Source: Dictyostelium discoideum
Lineage: Eukaryota
Reading direction: 5' to 3'
Length of the DNA: 64,000 nt
Assembly: GCA_000004695.1 (NCBI GenBank)
Contig: CM000155.2
Span: 256,001-320,000 of the forward strand
The position numbers were made by a program, and so were the translations under genes. Each line of letters begins with the position of its first letter. The first letter of the stretch is position 1. This document shows, piece after piece, positions 48,287-61,759 of this stretch. The notes below the pieces were generated by a model. The model ran no database searches and was not told the DNA's origin. It saw only the letters and a list, made by a program, of their open reading frames with translations.

Positions 48287-51057
48287 TTAATTAAATTCAT
48301 TAATTAAATTAATTGAATTTTGATTTAATTTAAATGTTTTAATTAATTTACCACCCAACATTTGAATTTCATTAATAATTTCAAAAATATTTGGAATTAT
48401 TAAATTTGAATCTTTAGTGATTTGAATTGAGTATTTTGATTTTGATGGTTTGAATGGAGTTGGTAAGAAAGCTTCAGATTTCCATTTTAATGCAAATTTA
48501 TTACCACCAACTAAATCATATTGAATTGTGAAATAATCTGAAAATCTATCTTTTAATTCTTGAACTAATATTAAAACTGGATTAAATCCAGGTTGTAAAT
48601 TATTATATAATTCATTAAAATTTTGATTTTGATTTTGATTTTGATTTTGGTTTTGTTGTTGTGGTTGTTGTGATTGTTGTTGTGGTTTTTTAGAAATATT
48701 TCTAAAAACTGGTTTCTTTGCTTGAATTATTGTTGTTGTTGTTGTGGTTGTTGTTGGTGGTGGTGGTATATTAGTAGTTTGAGTATTATTATTATTATTA
48801 TTAAAATTTTTATTATTAATTAAATTTGAAATTTCTCTTGAATGATTTGGAATTAAAGATTCATCTAAATTAAAGATTGCATCAAATTCGATGAATGATG
48901 GTTGAAAAATTGATAACCAATTAAAAGAGATTGAAGAATAATTTGATTCAATTAATTCTATTGATTTTTGAGCAAATAATTTGATTTTTTCCCATTGTTG
49001 ACGATTGGTAATAGTTGTTTTTCTAAACCACATACTGAGAGGATCTTTTTCAGTTGCAATGAAAAGTAATGGTGGATTTTGAGATTTCTTTTGAATATCA
49101 AATGTTGATTTAATTGAAAGTTGAGTATTCTTATCGACTGAATTTAAGTAATCTACAATTAAAGGTTTTTCATCGAAATCAAAAGTATATAAAAGGAAAA
49201 GGAATCTAAGGAAACCCATAATTGGGGTTTTTGGAATTGATGAAGTGTCTAAAGAATAGGAGGAGGAGGAGTCTTTTTCATTTTGATTTTGATTGTGATA
49301 GTGATTTTCAGTTACTTTATAAAGTGATGCAACCAATAGTTCAACAGTTTGATGATCGATGAAATCAGAGAATAAATGTGAATGAATCCAACGTAATGCA
49401 ATACGAGCGGTTGGACCATATGAACTGTAGGTGGTATGTAATGATTGAATAAAAGTATGATGTTGTGAATTTCTTTGTAATGATTCTTGTTCATCTAAAC
49501 CATCCAATAGCCATTGTTCTCTCATGAACTCGATTTCTTTTGGATAATAAGCAATACAACGGAATATGAAACCATCAACACAAAGATCAACATATTTATC
49601 GGTTAATCTTGGTTGGAATGGTGTAGATTGTAATTCTCTTGCAATTTTCAAAAGGAATGCTTGTTTCAATGCATTTATAGAATCAACATCCTTTGTCCAT
49701 TGTTGACTTTGTTCAAATTGTAATAGAATTGAAATTGGTTGATTCTCTAAATATCTATCATCCTTGGTGGTAAGTATTGAAGTATAACGTAATGCAGGAT
49801 CAATTGAAGGATATGCCTCAATTGATAATGGTAAACCTAATGATTGAATAGTTGAAATTAATTTTTGTTTTGCTGATAAAACCAATAAAGTATGATCTTG
49901 AACTTGTTCAGATACAATCAATTGATCAAGTTCTGATACTATTGATCTAACATTTTCAGTTGGAATTTGTAAATGATAATTTAAAGTATACTTTATAATC
50001 TCCTCAATAACTAAATGACGTGAACCATTCTTTGGATTCCAAGTAACAGCTTCAAGGATTGAACCATCTTTAAAACGACGAATTTGTGATTTATTACCCC
50101 AAAATTCTCTAAATTTTGAAGCATTAACATGATCAGCTGGTGGACCTAAATCAATAACTGATAACCAATTTTCTGAATTTACTTTTAATCCAATTATAAT
50201 TTTAATTTCATCATCATCATCACCATCATTTTCATTTTCTTGATCATCATCATTAATTTTTAAAATATTAATTTTTGTAACACGTTTTGTTAAAGATTTT
50301 TTAATTAATTGATAAATTCTATAATTTAAATAAGTATCTTGTTGATAATAATCATTTGTTGGCACTTTTAAAGATTGTTGATTAGCTAATAATTGTTTAT
50401 TAATTTTAATTGAAATGATCATATCATACTCTTGATAGAAATGGAATTTTGTCATGAAAATCTCTTCAAAACCATTACCAGAATCTAAATTTTCAATTAC
50501 TAAACGTGCTTCAATAATTAATTGTTTAAATCCCCAAACTGAAATTGATGACCAAATATTTAATAAACCTGAATTATCAATTAATGCAACTGGATATAAT
50601 TTTTCAAATTCATCTTGATATTGATTTTGTTTAATTACAGTTGTGGCGGTGGCGGTGGTGGTGGTGGTTAACTCTGAAGAAAGTTTCATAAATTGAATTG
50701 GTTTCTTTTGAAATTCTTTACAAATATAAACCATAACCATACGGAATGCTTGATATGAACTCATTGATTTATTAACTTTACCAATTGAATATAAATGAAT
50801 TAATAACATTGATAATTGAAAACTATTAACTGTTGGTATCTTTTTAATCTTTAACCATAATTTAATTAATAACATTGTATCAATTAATACTGGTGCATTT
50901 TCACATTTTTCATTAATTAATTGCATATGATCATTTATAAAAATATCTTCTAAAATTGAATTATTATAAAATGGTGTTCTTTTAATTTCATCTAAATAAA
51001 AATAATAATAATAATAAAAAAAAAAAATAAAAAAAAATTAATTAATAAAAAAAATAA

Positions 51058-51088
<31 letters not shown>

Positions 51089-52310
51089 ACTTTACCAAAT
51101 GATTTTTTCTTATTTTTAGAATCTATTATATTATTATTATTTAAATTATTAATTTCTTTTGAATCATCTTCTTTAAAAGTTTCAATTTTAAAATTATTAC
51201 GTTCAAAAAATAAACAACTCATATTTGGATGAAATTTTGTATAAATATTAAAAAGATCATTTGGAATTGTTGGAATTATACGAATTTGAAATTTAGTTCT
51301 TGCACCAGTTTTTGGATCTTCTTTTGGACGAATTACAATGATTTGTTTATTTGAATCACCATTGAAATTTTTGAATGAAATATCAGAAAAACGTGAAACC
51401 TTTGATACTGAATTAAAGATTTTCAACATGTAAAGATTTCTTTTATTGAAATATTTAAAATCATTGGCATCTTTTGAATCAAATACTGATTTTGGAATTT
51501 CAATCATTAAATCAACATTTTCATTGGACTTTAATACTGATCTTGTCATGAAACTACCAACGACATCGATTTGCGATGGTTTTGAGTATTGGATGGACAA
51601 GCCTTCGCCACCATTGAAATCGAATAATTTAATTTTTTCAATGTTTGCTTCAGTGATTGTAACTTGTTGATCGGATGGGATCTTTTCAATAACCGATTTC
51701 AATTGATGTAATGCCGATTCTAGTGATGTTAATTTACTATAATCAATTTTAATCTCTTTAAATAACTCTACCATTTGTAATCTAAATAAATTGGAATTGT
51801 AAAGATCTGAAGTCTCTTTCAAATGTTGAATCTCTTCATTGGTTGGTGCTACCGATTGTTTCAAATATGATACATTCTTTACTTTTAAATTTTTAAATTC
51901 CTTTGCTTCCAATTCTGATTTCTCTGGTAATATTGTTGCTCTACCAACTTTTGCTTCACTATCATCTAATTGTTCTTCTTGTTCTGATTCTGATCCTTCA
52001 CCTTCTAAGAAATCATTATCATCTGATCCTTCATCATCTGATCCTTGATTATTATTATTATTATAAAAATTATCATTATATGAAACTGCTTTTTCATCAT
52101 CAAAATTATATTCATCATCATCCATGCCTAATGACATAATACTATCATCTTGCTTTTTCTAAAAAAAAATTAATTAATAAATAGGGGTTTTTTTTTATTT
52201 TTTTTTAATTTATATAAAATATAATAATTAATTATACATACTTCAATTTTATTCTTTTTATTTGAAATTGTTTCTTTTTTAGAAACTGTTTTTCTTTTTT
52301 CAGAAACCAT
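48287..52310 (-). CDS. Nucleolar protein 6 (NOL6/Nrap/Utp22 family, SSU processome), ~1280 aa. Exons approx 52242..52310, 51096..52158, 48287..50991.
   Basis: Exon 1 MVSEKRKTVSKKETISNKKNKIE|gtatgt. Exon 2 (acceptor tttttttttag|AAAAAGCAAG) reads ...PTNEEIQHLKETSDLYNSNLFRLQMVELFKEIKIDYSK (human NOL6 PTLEELQQLRETENLFHSSLLRLQVEELLKEVRLSEKK). Donor TCATTTG|gtaaagttt at about 51095. Acceptor tttatttag|ATGAAATTAAAAG at about 50992. Exon 3 (879-aa ORF) carries the Nrap nucleotidyltransferase-like and C-terminal domains. Confidence 0.8.
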
Positions 52311-52360
52311 TTTTTTTTATTATTTATAAATAAAAAGTTATAAAAATGAAATAGATAAAG

Positions 52361-52395
<35 letters not shown>

Positions 52396-52878
52396 AAAAA
52401 TAAAAAAAACGAAAAGAAAAAAAATTTTTTTTTTTTTATTTTTTATTTTATTTTATTTTATTTTTTTTTTTTTCAGAAAAAAACGAAGGAAATAATTTTT
52501 TTTTTATTTTAAATTTAATTGTTTATTTTTATTTTTTTTTTTCACACTTTTTTGATCGAAATCCTATTTTTAATTATTTTTATTATTAAATTTTTTATTT
52601 TTTTTATTTTTTTTTATTTATTTAAAATAAAAATGTAAATCCTAATCGATCAAAAAAAAAAAAAAAAAAACTATAAAAAAACTAAAAAAAAATAAAAAAA
52701 ATAAAAAAATAAAAAAAAATCATTTTTTAATTTTTTTAATTTTTTTAATTTTTTTTTTATTTTCATTTGTGAACATATTTATTTATTTTGTTTTGTTTTG
52801 TTTTGTTGTTTTTTTTTTTTAAAATTAAAAGAATACACTTTTTTTTTTTTTTTTTGTTAAAAAGAAAAAAAAAAAAAA

Positions 52879-54365
52879 TGTTACGTTTAATTAATAAAAC
52901 TATAAATAAAAATGATTTAATTAAAATAAATAATAGCAAAAGATTTTGTTCGACAACAACAAATTCTACAATAAATAAAGATAATATTTATGATATAATT
53001 ATTATTGGTGGTGGATTAGTTGGATCAACTATGGCATGTTCAATTGGTAATAATAATACAACTAAACATTTAAAAGTTGCATTAATTGAATCATCAAAAA
53101 TTCAAACTGTTGAACAATCCATTTCAAATGCAATACCAGAAATTAGAACTATATCATTCAATAATCAAACCATTGAATTATTTAAATCAATAAATGTTTG
53201 GGATACAATAAAATCAACTAAAAGAGTTAACCCATTCAATCAAGTTAGAGTTTGGGATACAAGTGGATTTGAAGGTATTCATTTTCAAGATAATGATATA
53301 ATTGATGATGGTAACAATACTACAGCAATGGGATATATAATTGAAAATAATATTGTAACATCATCATTATTATCAAAAGTTAAACAATTTGAAAATATTG
53401 AATTATTTGAACAATTATCAGTTAAATCTATGAATGATTATAATGAAGAAACTATTAGAACTACAAGTATTTTACCAAGTGTAACATTATCAAATGATCA
53501 ACAACTACATGCTAAATTAATCATTGGTGCTGATGGTGGTAATTCAATATTAAAAAAACAATTACAAGTACCATCAATTGGTAGAGTTTATAATCAAAAA
53601 GCTGTAGTTTGTACATTAAAATTAGGTATTAAACAAGATAATAATAACAATAGCAGCAATAATAATAATAATAATAATAATACATTATTTCAAAGATTTT
53701 TACCAACTGGTCCAATTGCTTTATTACCATTAGCAAATGGTTATGCTAATATTATTTGGTCAACAAATTTAATGCATGCTCAATATTTATTAGAATTAGA
53801 TGATGAATCATTTCTTGAACAAGTTAAAGATTCATTCTTAAAATCACCATCAACTTCAAATTCAAGTTTCTTTGAAATCGCTTCAAATTTATTCAATTTA
53901 AATCCAAAAGGATTAAGTGGTAATGAAATTTATTTACCACCAATCGAGGGTTTGGTATCGAAAAGAGCTTCTTTCCCATTAAGAATTGATCATACTTTTA
54001 ATTATACATTACCAAGAGTTTGTTTCATTGGTGATGCTTCACATTTAGTCCATCCAATGGCTGGTCAAGGCGTAAATTTAGGTATGGCAGATGTTAAAAC
54101 TCTCTCTAGTATAATCGAACAATCGGTTCAATCTGGTTATGATATCGGTGATGCTATGATGTTAAAAAGGTTTGAAGAAATTAGAAAACCTGAAAATCTT
54201 AAAATGTTACTCTCTATTGATACTCTCTTCAATTTATTCACAAATAATTCAATATTTGTAACTGGTTTAAGAAATTTTGGAATGTCCTTATTAAATAATA
54301 TTTCACCTCTTAAAAATTTAATTATTGGTGTTTCAAAAGGTGAATCAATTTTAAAATTTAAATAA
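52879..54365 (+). CDS. coq6: Ubiquinone biosynthesis monooxygenase COQ6 (FAD-dependent, UbiH/COQ6 family) with an N-terminal mitochondrial presequence.
   Basis: Start MLRLINKTINKNDLIKINNSKRFCSTTT (basic/hydroxylated presequence). The longer track ORF from 52788 begins in a poly-T tract. FAD dinucleotide fold YDIIIIGGGLVGSTMA. DG motif LIIGADGGNS. FAD-contact motif RVCFIGDASHLVHPMAGQGVNLGMADV (consensus GDAAH-x-x-HP-x-AGQG-x-N-x-G-x-x-D). Confidence 0.8.
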
Positions 54366-54785
54366 AAATAAAATTAAAACTAAAAATCAAAAAATTATTT
54401 ATAAATATATATCTCTTTAATAAATAAAATAAAAAAAAAAAAAAAAAAAGAAAAAATGATTTCAAATGAAAAATTAAATATTTTTTATTTATTAAAACTT
54501 GAGATCTTTAACAAACTCTCAAGAGTTTCCATATAAAATTAATTTCCAATTACTAAACCATTATTGGTTATTGTATCTGAAATAATGGATATGAGTGATA
54601 AACATTATAATGATTTAAAACGAAAAGAAGATTATTTATTTGGAAAAAAGTTGGATTTTATATATTGGATTATTATTTTGTTTTTGATATTTTTTTTTGA
54701 TATTTTTTTTAACCCACCAAAAGAATATAAAAACAAAATAATAATCTTCAATAATAAAACCCAAACAAAACCGAACCCAATCAGA

Positions 54786-54798
54786 ATCGAACCAGGGA
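54786..54798 (-). promoter_or_regulatory. Candidate external B box (GGTTCGATTCTGA) about 28-40 bp downstream of the tRNA-Leu gene.
   Basis: The reverse complement of 54786..54798 is GGTTCGATTCTGA, which matches the pol III B-box consensus GGTTCGANTCC. Dictyostelid tRNA genes commonly carry such a downstream ex-B box. Confidence 0.35.
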
Positions 54799-54824
54799 CA
54801 TAACATGGGTTTTTGAAAAACTGT

Positions 54825-54905
54825 TGATAAAGGCGAGATTCGAACTCGCGAAGCCGAAGCATAAGAACTTGAGTCTTACCCATTTGACCACTCTGGTACT
54901 TTACC
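54825..54905 (-). tRNA. tRNA-Leu (anticodon CAA), type II (long variable arm), 81 nt without CCA, no intron.
   Basis: Minus-strand read: GGTAAAG (acceptor 5') TA CCA-GAGTGGTCAAA-TGG (3-bp D stem, Leu-type D loop) G TAAGA-CUCAAGU-TCTTA (anticodon stem; loop C32-U33-C34A35A36-G37) ATGCTTCGGCTTC (variable arm) GCGAG-TTCGAAT-CTCGC (T arm with GTTCGAATC B box) CTTTATC (acceptor 3') A (discriminator). The A box TGGTCAAATGG is present. Confidence 0.75.
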
Positions 54906-55753
54906 TTATGAAAATCAATGGTTATTACGGTTGATTTTGACCACTTAATTAATGGACCTGTAAAATAAAAAAAAACTAAAAATAAAATGAGATCTAGCAT
55001 CTCAAGGAGAAGCAACTAATAATTGCGTTATCCAATTCAAAAAAAAGACCACTTATTTAATATACTCTGGTAATAAAGGGTCAAATAGAACCTCCAGGAT
55101 TAAAATTGAAATTCTTGTTGAAATTGAAATTGGGTTGCAATTGAATCTTTCAATTGAAATTGTAATTGTAATTGTAATTGAAACTTTAAATTACAATTCA
55201 AATTGCAATTTCATTTACAAATTCCAAAAAAAGAATTTCAATTCCAATCTGATGGTTCTCAAGTAAAAAAATAAAAAATTTTAAAATATTAAAAGTGTTA
55301 GTAAGATTATTAAATAATAATATGTAATATATATAAAAAATTATGCCTACTCTAAATTATCATCTATATTCAATACCATTTTTTATATTCATCTTGTGAG
55401 AATCAACTGTTCCTCTCATAAAGGATTTACATGTTTTCTATTTTTGTTTTATTGATTAATTTAGATTCAGTCATGAAAAAATTTATTTATTTATTTATTT
55501 TATTTATTTTTTTTTTTTATTTTATTTTACAATTGATTGATGAAATGAAAAATATTTATTTAATTTAATTATTGATTAATCGAGAAATGAAAAATATGTA
55601 TAAATATATCTATATTTTTTTTTTTTACCTTTGTAGAAAAAGAAATGGTATAATATTGAATATATTAATATTTTTGAAAAATATACTACACTGTTTTTTT
55701 ATATATAAATATTAAATAATTATTTGTTTTTAAAAATAAATTGAAAATTTTTT

Positions 55754-55795
<42 letters not shown>

Positions 55796-56208
55796 TTTTT
55801 AATACTTGAGAAAAATTGGTTCTAAATGTAATTTTTAAGAAAAAAGGGGATTATAAAAAAGTGTTTATTTTTTAAAAAAAAAATGTGTTTGTATTTTTAT
55901 CAAAAATATGTGCTCTGCATCTATTTTTGGAAAAAAAAATGGTTTTTTTTTTTTTTTTAGACATTTAAAATCTAAAATATGATTTGGTGCCCTTTATTTA
56001 AAAAAAAAAAAAAAAAAATATTATATCTTTTTTATTTTTATCATTTAATTATTACCTATTTTTATTTTTATTATTTTATGATTTTCAAATTTATCTTTAA
56101 GATTTAAATTAGAATTTAATGAATCAAAAAAAGGGAAATAATTGATTTGTGTGTGTAAATCCTTTTTTTTTTTTTAAAATTTATTTAAAGTTTATTTTTT
56201 TATTTTTT

Positions 56209-56908
56209 TTAATTTATTATACAATTACTTTTTTGGGATTGAGGTTTTTTTAAAATTATAGTTGAAGAAGAAGTTGAAGATGGTTTAAACTCTTCAATTC
56301 TATCTATACAAAGTTTAACTAAAGATATAAAAGCATCTTCAATGTTAATTGCTTGTTTTGCACTAGTTTCTTTGAATGTAATATCAAGGGAATCAGCAAA
56401 TTCTTGAGCCAAAAAAGGGTCAACCACTTTTTGTGAGATCATATCACTTTTATTTCCAATTATCATTTTAATGACATTATCTCTTGCATATCTTTCGATT
56501 TCTTGTATCCATTTTGCAACATTTTCAAATGATCTTTGATCAGTAACATCATAAACCACCATAACTGCATGACAACCTCTATATTGAGAATTATTATGAA
56601 CTCTAAATCGTTCTTGTCCAGCAGTATCCCAAATTTGAAGTTTTATTGCTTTACCTTCAATATAAACTGTCTTTATTTTAAAATCAACTCCAATTGTTGA
56701 TATATAACTTTCTGTAAATGTATCCTCTGTAAATCTTAATAAAATACTTGATTTACCTTTTTTATTTATTATTTTTTTTTTTTTTTAATAAATAATTTTT
56801 TTTATTTTTTTTATTTTTTTTTTTTTTGTTATCTATTATTTATCGGACAATAAATACTTACCAACTCCACTATCACCTACAAAAATAAATTTAAATAAAT
56901 GTCTATAT

Positions 56909-56946
<38 letters not shown>

Positions 56947-57024
56947 GGGAAAAATTTTTTAATATAAAAAAAAAAAAAGAAACCAAAAAAAAGAAAGGAA
57001 TCCTTACTCATATTTTTTACTCAT
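56209..57024 (-). CDS. Rab-family small GTPase (Rab8/Rab18-like), ~201 aa, 3 exons approx 57008..57024, 56862..56902, 56209..56756.
   Basis: Micro-exon 1 ATGAGTAAAAAATATGA|gtaagg. Exon 2 (acceptor atatag|ACATTTATT) [15 protein letters not shown] with donor GTTG|gtaagt that splits the P-loop. Exon 3 (acceptor aaaag|GTAAATCAAGT) [51 protein letters not shown]...MIIGNKSDM...[16 protein letters not shown] (G1-G5 and the RabF motifs YISTIGVDF / WDTAGQE are present). It ends ...KSNCIIN*, a single-Cys CaaX-like tail as in Rab8/Rab13/Rab18. Confidence 0.75.
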
Positions 57025-57704
57025 TTTAATTGTACATTTAATAAAAATTATATTACATTTTTTTTTATCCCAAACCTTTCCAAAAAAAAAAAAAATTAAA
57101 AAAAAAAAAAAAAAAATAAAAAAAATTTTTTAAAAAAAAAAAAAGAAAAAAATTCATTGAATAAACATTAAAACACTAAAAATATCCCAAAAACATTGAT
57201 TTGTGGTTATCACCATTGAATCTTAAAAACCCTAAAAAAAAAAATATCAATTTTAAATAAATTTATTTAAAAAAAAAAAAAAAAAAAAAAAAAATAATTA
57301 ACATGTTTATGAATTTAAAATAATTAATTTATTGAGGGTTTTTTTATATTTTATTTTATTTTATTTTTTATTTTATTTAACAACTTTCCTAAAAAGGTTT
57401 GAGACTTTTTTTTATATATTAAATATATATTCAACTGATATCATTTAAGAACAATTTGGCCCAAATTTTGTTTGTAAAAAATATTAATTAATTTCCATAT
57501 TTAAATACTATTATTGTAATATTAATTAAAAAGGATATTATTTTTTTTAATTTTTGATTAAAAAACATTAATTTTAAACAAAAAAAAAAAATTCCAATCT
57601 TAATTTAATTTTTTTATTTTCTTTATATTATTCTGTAAAAAAACAATTTTAAAATTAATGATTTTTTATATAATTGATTTATTATTTATATGTAAAAGAT
57701 ATAT

Positions 57705-57736
<32 letters not shown>

Positions 57737-57946
57737 TTTATTAGATTTCATTTTTTTTTTTTTTTTTTTTTTTTTAATTCACCCAACAATTCTCTTTTTT
57801 ATTTTAATATTTTCAATTATTGGTTCTTTCACAACCTTTAATTTCATCATAATAAAATTTGGTATTTTAAAAAAAAAAAAGTTAAACCAAATACAGAGTA
57901 TTTAATATTATTTATTTTATTTTATTTTATTTTTATTTTTATTATT

Positions 57947-60900
57947 TTAATCATATAAATTAATACGTTGATCATGATTTGCACCAGTTAATTTTAAGAA
58001 AACTGATTCTAAAGATGTTTGACCAACGTTATAATCATCTAAAATTGGTAAATTTGATAAAATTGAAAAGATATTTGATAATTTAATTGGATTTCCAGGT
58101 GGATTTGGTACTTCGAAACTTGCCATAACATCATGTTGATCCAAAACTGTACAATTTGGTATTGATTGTAATATTGTTTGAATACCAGTTTCCAAATATT
58201 CTTTTTTAAATTTAACATCAATTGAATAACCAGCACCAAAACGATTCTTTACACCTTGAATTGTATTTAAACATGTATATTTACCTTCTTTCATAATTGT
58301 AATACGACCTAAGAAAAAAAAAAAAAAAAAAATTAAAATTAAATATTAATAACAAAAAAAGATTATCATTTTTAAATAATAATAAAATATAAAATATATA
58401 ATATACATACTACATAATGCTTCAACTTCACTCATTGAATGACTTGTTAAAATTATTGATTTATCTTTACCTAATTCACTAATTACATCCCAAAGTTGTC
58501 TTCTAACAACAGCATCACAACCACAAGAAATTTCATCCAAGAAACAAACTGATGGATTACCGAGCATTGCCATTGATAATGAAACTTTTCTTTTATTACC
58601 ACCTGAATAACCACCACAACCACTATTTGCAATACGAGTTAAATCAACCATTTTAATGAAAGCTTCAACACAATTTTCAATTTGACTCTCTTTAATACCT
58701 TTGATTCTAGAGAATAACCATAGATGTTCACGAGCTGATAATAATGAAATGAGAGCATCAAATTGGAATACCATTGAAATATTACCAAGTGCTTTCTCTC
58801 TATTGGTAATAACATCATAACCATTGATTGAAATTTCACCACTTGAAGGTACAATCTCACCAGATAACATTGATAGTGTAGTTGATTTACCACCACCATT
58901 TAAACCCAATAAACCAAATGTTTGACCACGTGGAATACCCAATGTTGAATTGTATACAGCAGTTTTTGATGGATTTTTACCTGAACCTGGGAATAGCTTA
59001 TGAAGATTTTTAAATTGAATTGGTTCTTCCGATGGTCTCATATTTAGTAATCTTCTTCTCTCTTGTGATACATCATAATCTTCATCTTGTGGTGGTGATG
59101 GTGCAGGTAAATTCTTTGGATTCTTAAAGAAACCTTTAATTTGTGGTACATAATCCAATAGTAATATCCAAACATTCCAAAGTACTGCATGACCTGCCAA
59201 AACAATCAATGGTGTACCTAAATAATCAAATGACCAATAGTTATCAACTTTAAAAGTACCCAAACGAGTTGAACCTGGGAAACCAGATAAAATGAAAACA
59301 ATTCTATTCAATGCAAAAATCGGACTAATAATTGAAAATATCAAATCAATAATATCGGCAACTTTTTGAGTTGTACTATTTTGATTGACCACAGCTTGAA
59401 TACGTACATTTAAACTTGCAATTGTAAATACTAAACCAAAAACAAATAAAATTGCAGTGATTGCACCAACTGCTTTACCATAGGTTTGAAATTTATAAGA
59501 CATTAAATAACCCAATGGTATAATTGCACAACTTAATAAAATTAAACATAATAAAAATGAACCAAATTGTTCTTTAAATGCACCTTTAATCACTCCTGCT
59601 AAAATTGAACAACTTAAAATTGAAATTATAAATGCAAAGAAAAAATCCCAAACTAAATTTGATAACCAATAAATATGTTTTTTACAACCTGAAACATATA
59701 ATAATCTTTTAACTCTATTTGTACGTTCTTGAGCTATACTACCAGCAAATGAACCTGCCATCAATGAAAAACCTGCCATTAAAATAAATACAAAATAAAT
59801 AATTGCTGATGCATTTATATCTGAACTTGAAATTTCAAATGCTGTTAAAATATGATCAAATGGCATACTTGTAACTGAAATACTAATATTTTTAAATTTT
59901 CTTAATAATGCATCATTAATTAAATTAACATGAATCGGAAATGAATGAATATAATCTGAATTATAATATGCAATATATGAACAATTTGTTGATTGACCAT
60001 TATTATTATCATCAATGCTAATTGGTTGATTTGTAAAATTAATTGCACCAATTGATAATTTATAATTATCAATTAAATAATCATTAAAATTTATAGATTC
60101 ATTAATATATTTAAATTTATTAAAATATGGTGAATTATTAAATAAATTTGACCATTCTAATTCATTGTTTAATAATTGCATTGGTACATTAATAGTGTTA
60201 TCACTATCAGTATAAATTGATAATGACATTGTTAATGGTTGAGTTGAATTATTATAAAATAAAACTTGTTTTTGATCATTCATTGATTTATATAAAATAA
60301 TTGAACCAATAATTAATGCCATTGGTAAAATAATTGATAAAAAGAATGATCTTGCATCTTTTTTAGATTGTTGAATACGTTTAATTAATAAACCTTTAAA
60401 TTGTTGAATTTGATTAATACCATCTGATGGTGTTGCAATTGCTAATTTTAATGATTCCATTTCATTTTGTTTATTGAATTCATTATTACCATTAGCATTA
60501 TTATTTAATTTTTTAGAATCTTCTTGACCTAATGAAATGAAAACTTCTTCAAGACTTGTTACTGATATACCATAAGTTTGAATTGAAAATTTTGATAAAT
60601 TTAAATCAAATTCTGTAAAAAATTGTGGGAAATTTGATAATGATTCAGTTGGTAAACGATAACTTAGTTCTGCACCAGAATCTGTTAAAATTGATGCACC
60701 AGGTATAAAATTTTTAATAAACTCTGAAACTTGATTCGTATTGAAACCATTGCTAGCATTTTCTAATTTTTTATTACATGTTAAAAGATAACCTTGACCA
60801 AATCTATTCTTTAAAAATAATGAAGTACCATCACAACGTAATTTACCTTGTGAAATAATTGCAATACGATCACCTAAATAATCTGCCTCCTCTAAATAAT

Positions 60901-61711
60901 GAGTTGTAAGAATGATGGTTTTACCTTTTTTATATTTTAATAGAAAATCCCAAACTTGTCTTCTACTAACTGGATCCATACCAGAGGTGACTTCATCCAA
61001 GAAAATGATTTTAGATCTACCAATAAATGCAATACCTAAACAAAGTTTACGTTTTTGTCCACCTGAAAGACTACCAGCTGGTGCATTCATTTTCTCGGCT
61101 AATCCAACCTCTGTTGCCATTCTTTCAGCCTCTCTTTGAATATTTCTACCCTCAACGCCTTTTAATGATGCGTAAATAACCAAATGTTCCAATACTGTCA
61201 ATTGTGACCAAATGATATCAGTTTGTAAGCAGCAACCAATGTATGGTCTAATCTTTGACATTTGGCTTGTAATATCGTAACCACGAATAAATGCACTTCC
61301 ACTAGTTGGTGATATTAAACCTGTCAACATACCAATCGTTGTTGATTTACCACACCCATTGGGTCCTAACAATGCATGAATTTGATCTTCAAACATATCC
61401 AAATATAAATCATTAACTGCAACTCTCAATCCATCACCAGTTTCAAATTCTTTTCTTAAATTACGAATTGATATAGTTGAATTTTTCAATACTTTCAATG
61501 GTATAGTCTCAACATCTTCACTATCAAATGTTGATTCAATATCATCAATTTCACCAATACTTCTTTTCTTTCCAAACCAATAATTTTTTGTAAATAAAAA
61601 ATAAAATTTCTCTTTTGTACCATATTCACCTGGTATAACTTTTTCAAAATACCAAATTAATATAATATAAATTATAATATCAATTCCTAACATTAAAATA
61701 CTTTGACTATT

Positions 61712-61759
<48 letters not shown>

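Noticed and set aside
52788-52878. Extended N-terminus (MFCFVLLFFFFKIKRIHFFFFF...) for COQ6 from the ORF track.
   Set aside because: It is translated from a poly(T)/poly(A) promoter tract. The ATG at 52879 gives a typical mitochondrial presequence directly before the FAD-binding fold.
54632-55015. Minus-strand 127-aa ORF overlapping the tRNA.
   Set aside because: It is a read-through frame across the tRNA-Leu gene (its GQMGKTQVLMLRLREFESRL stretch is the translated tRNA sequence). It is not a protein-coding gene.
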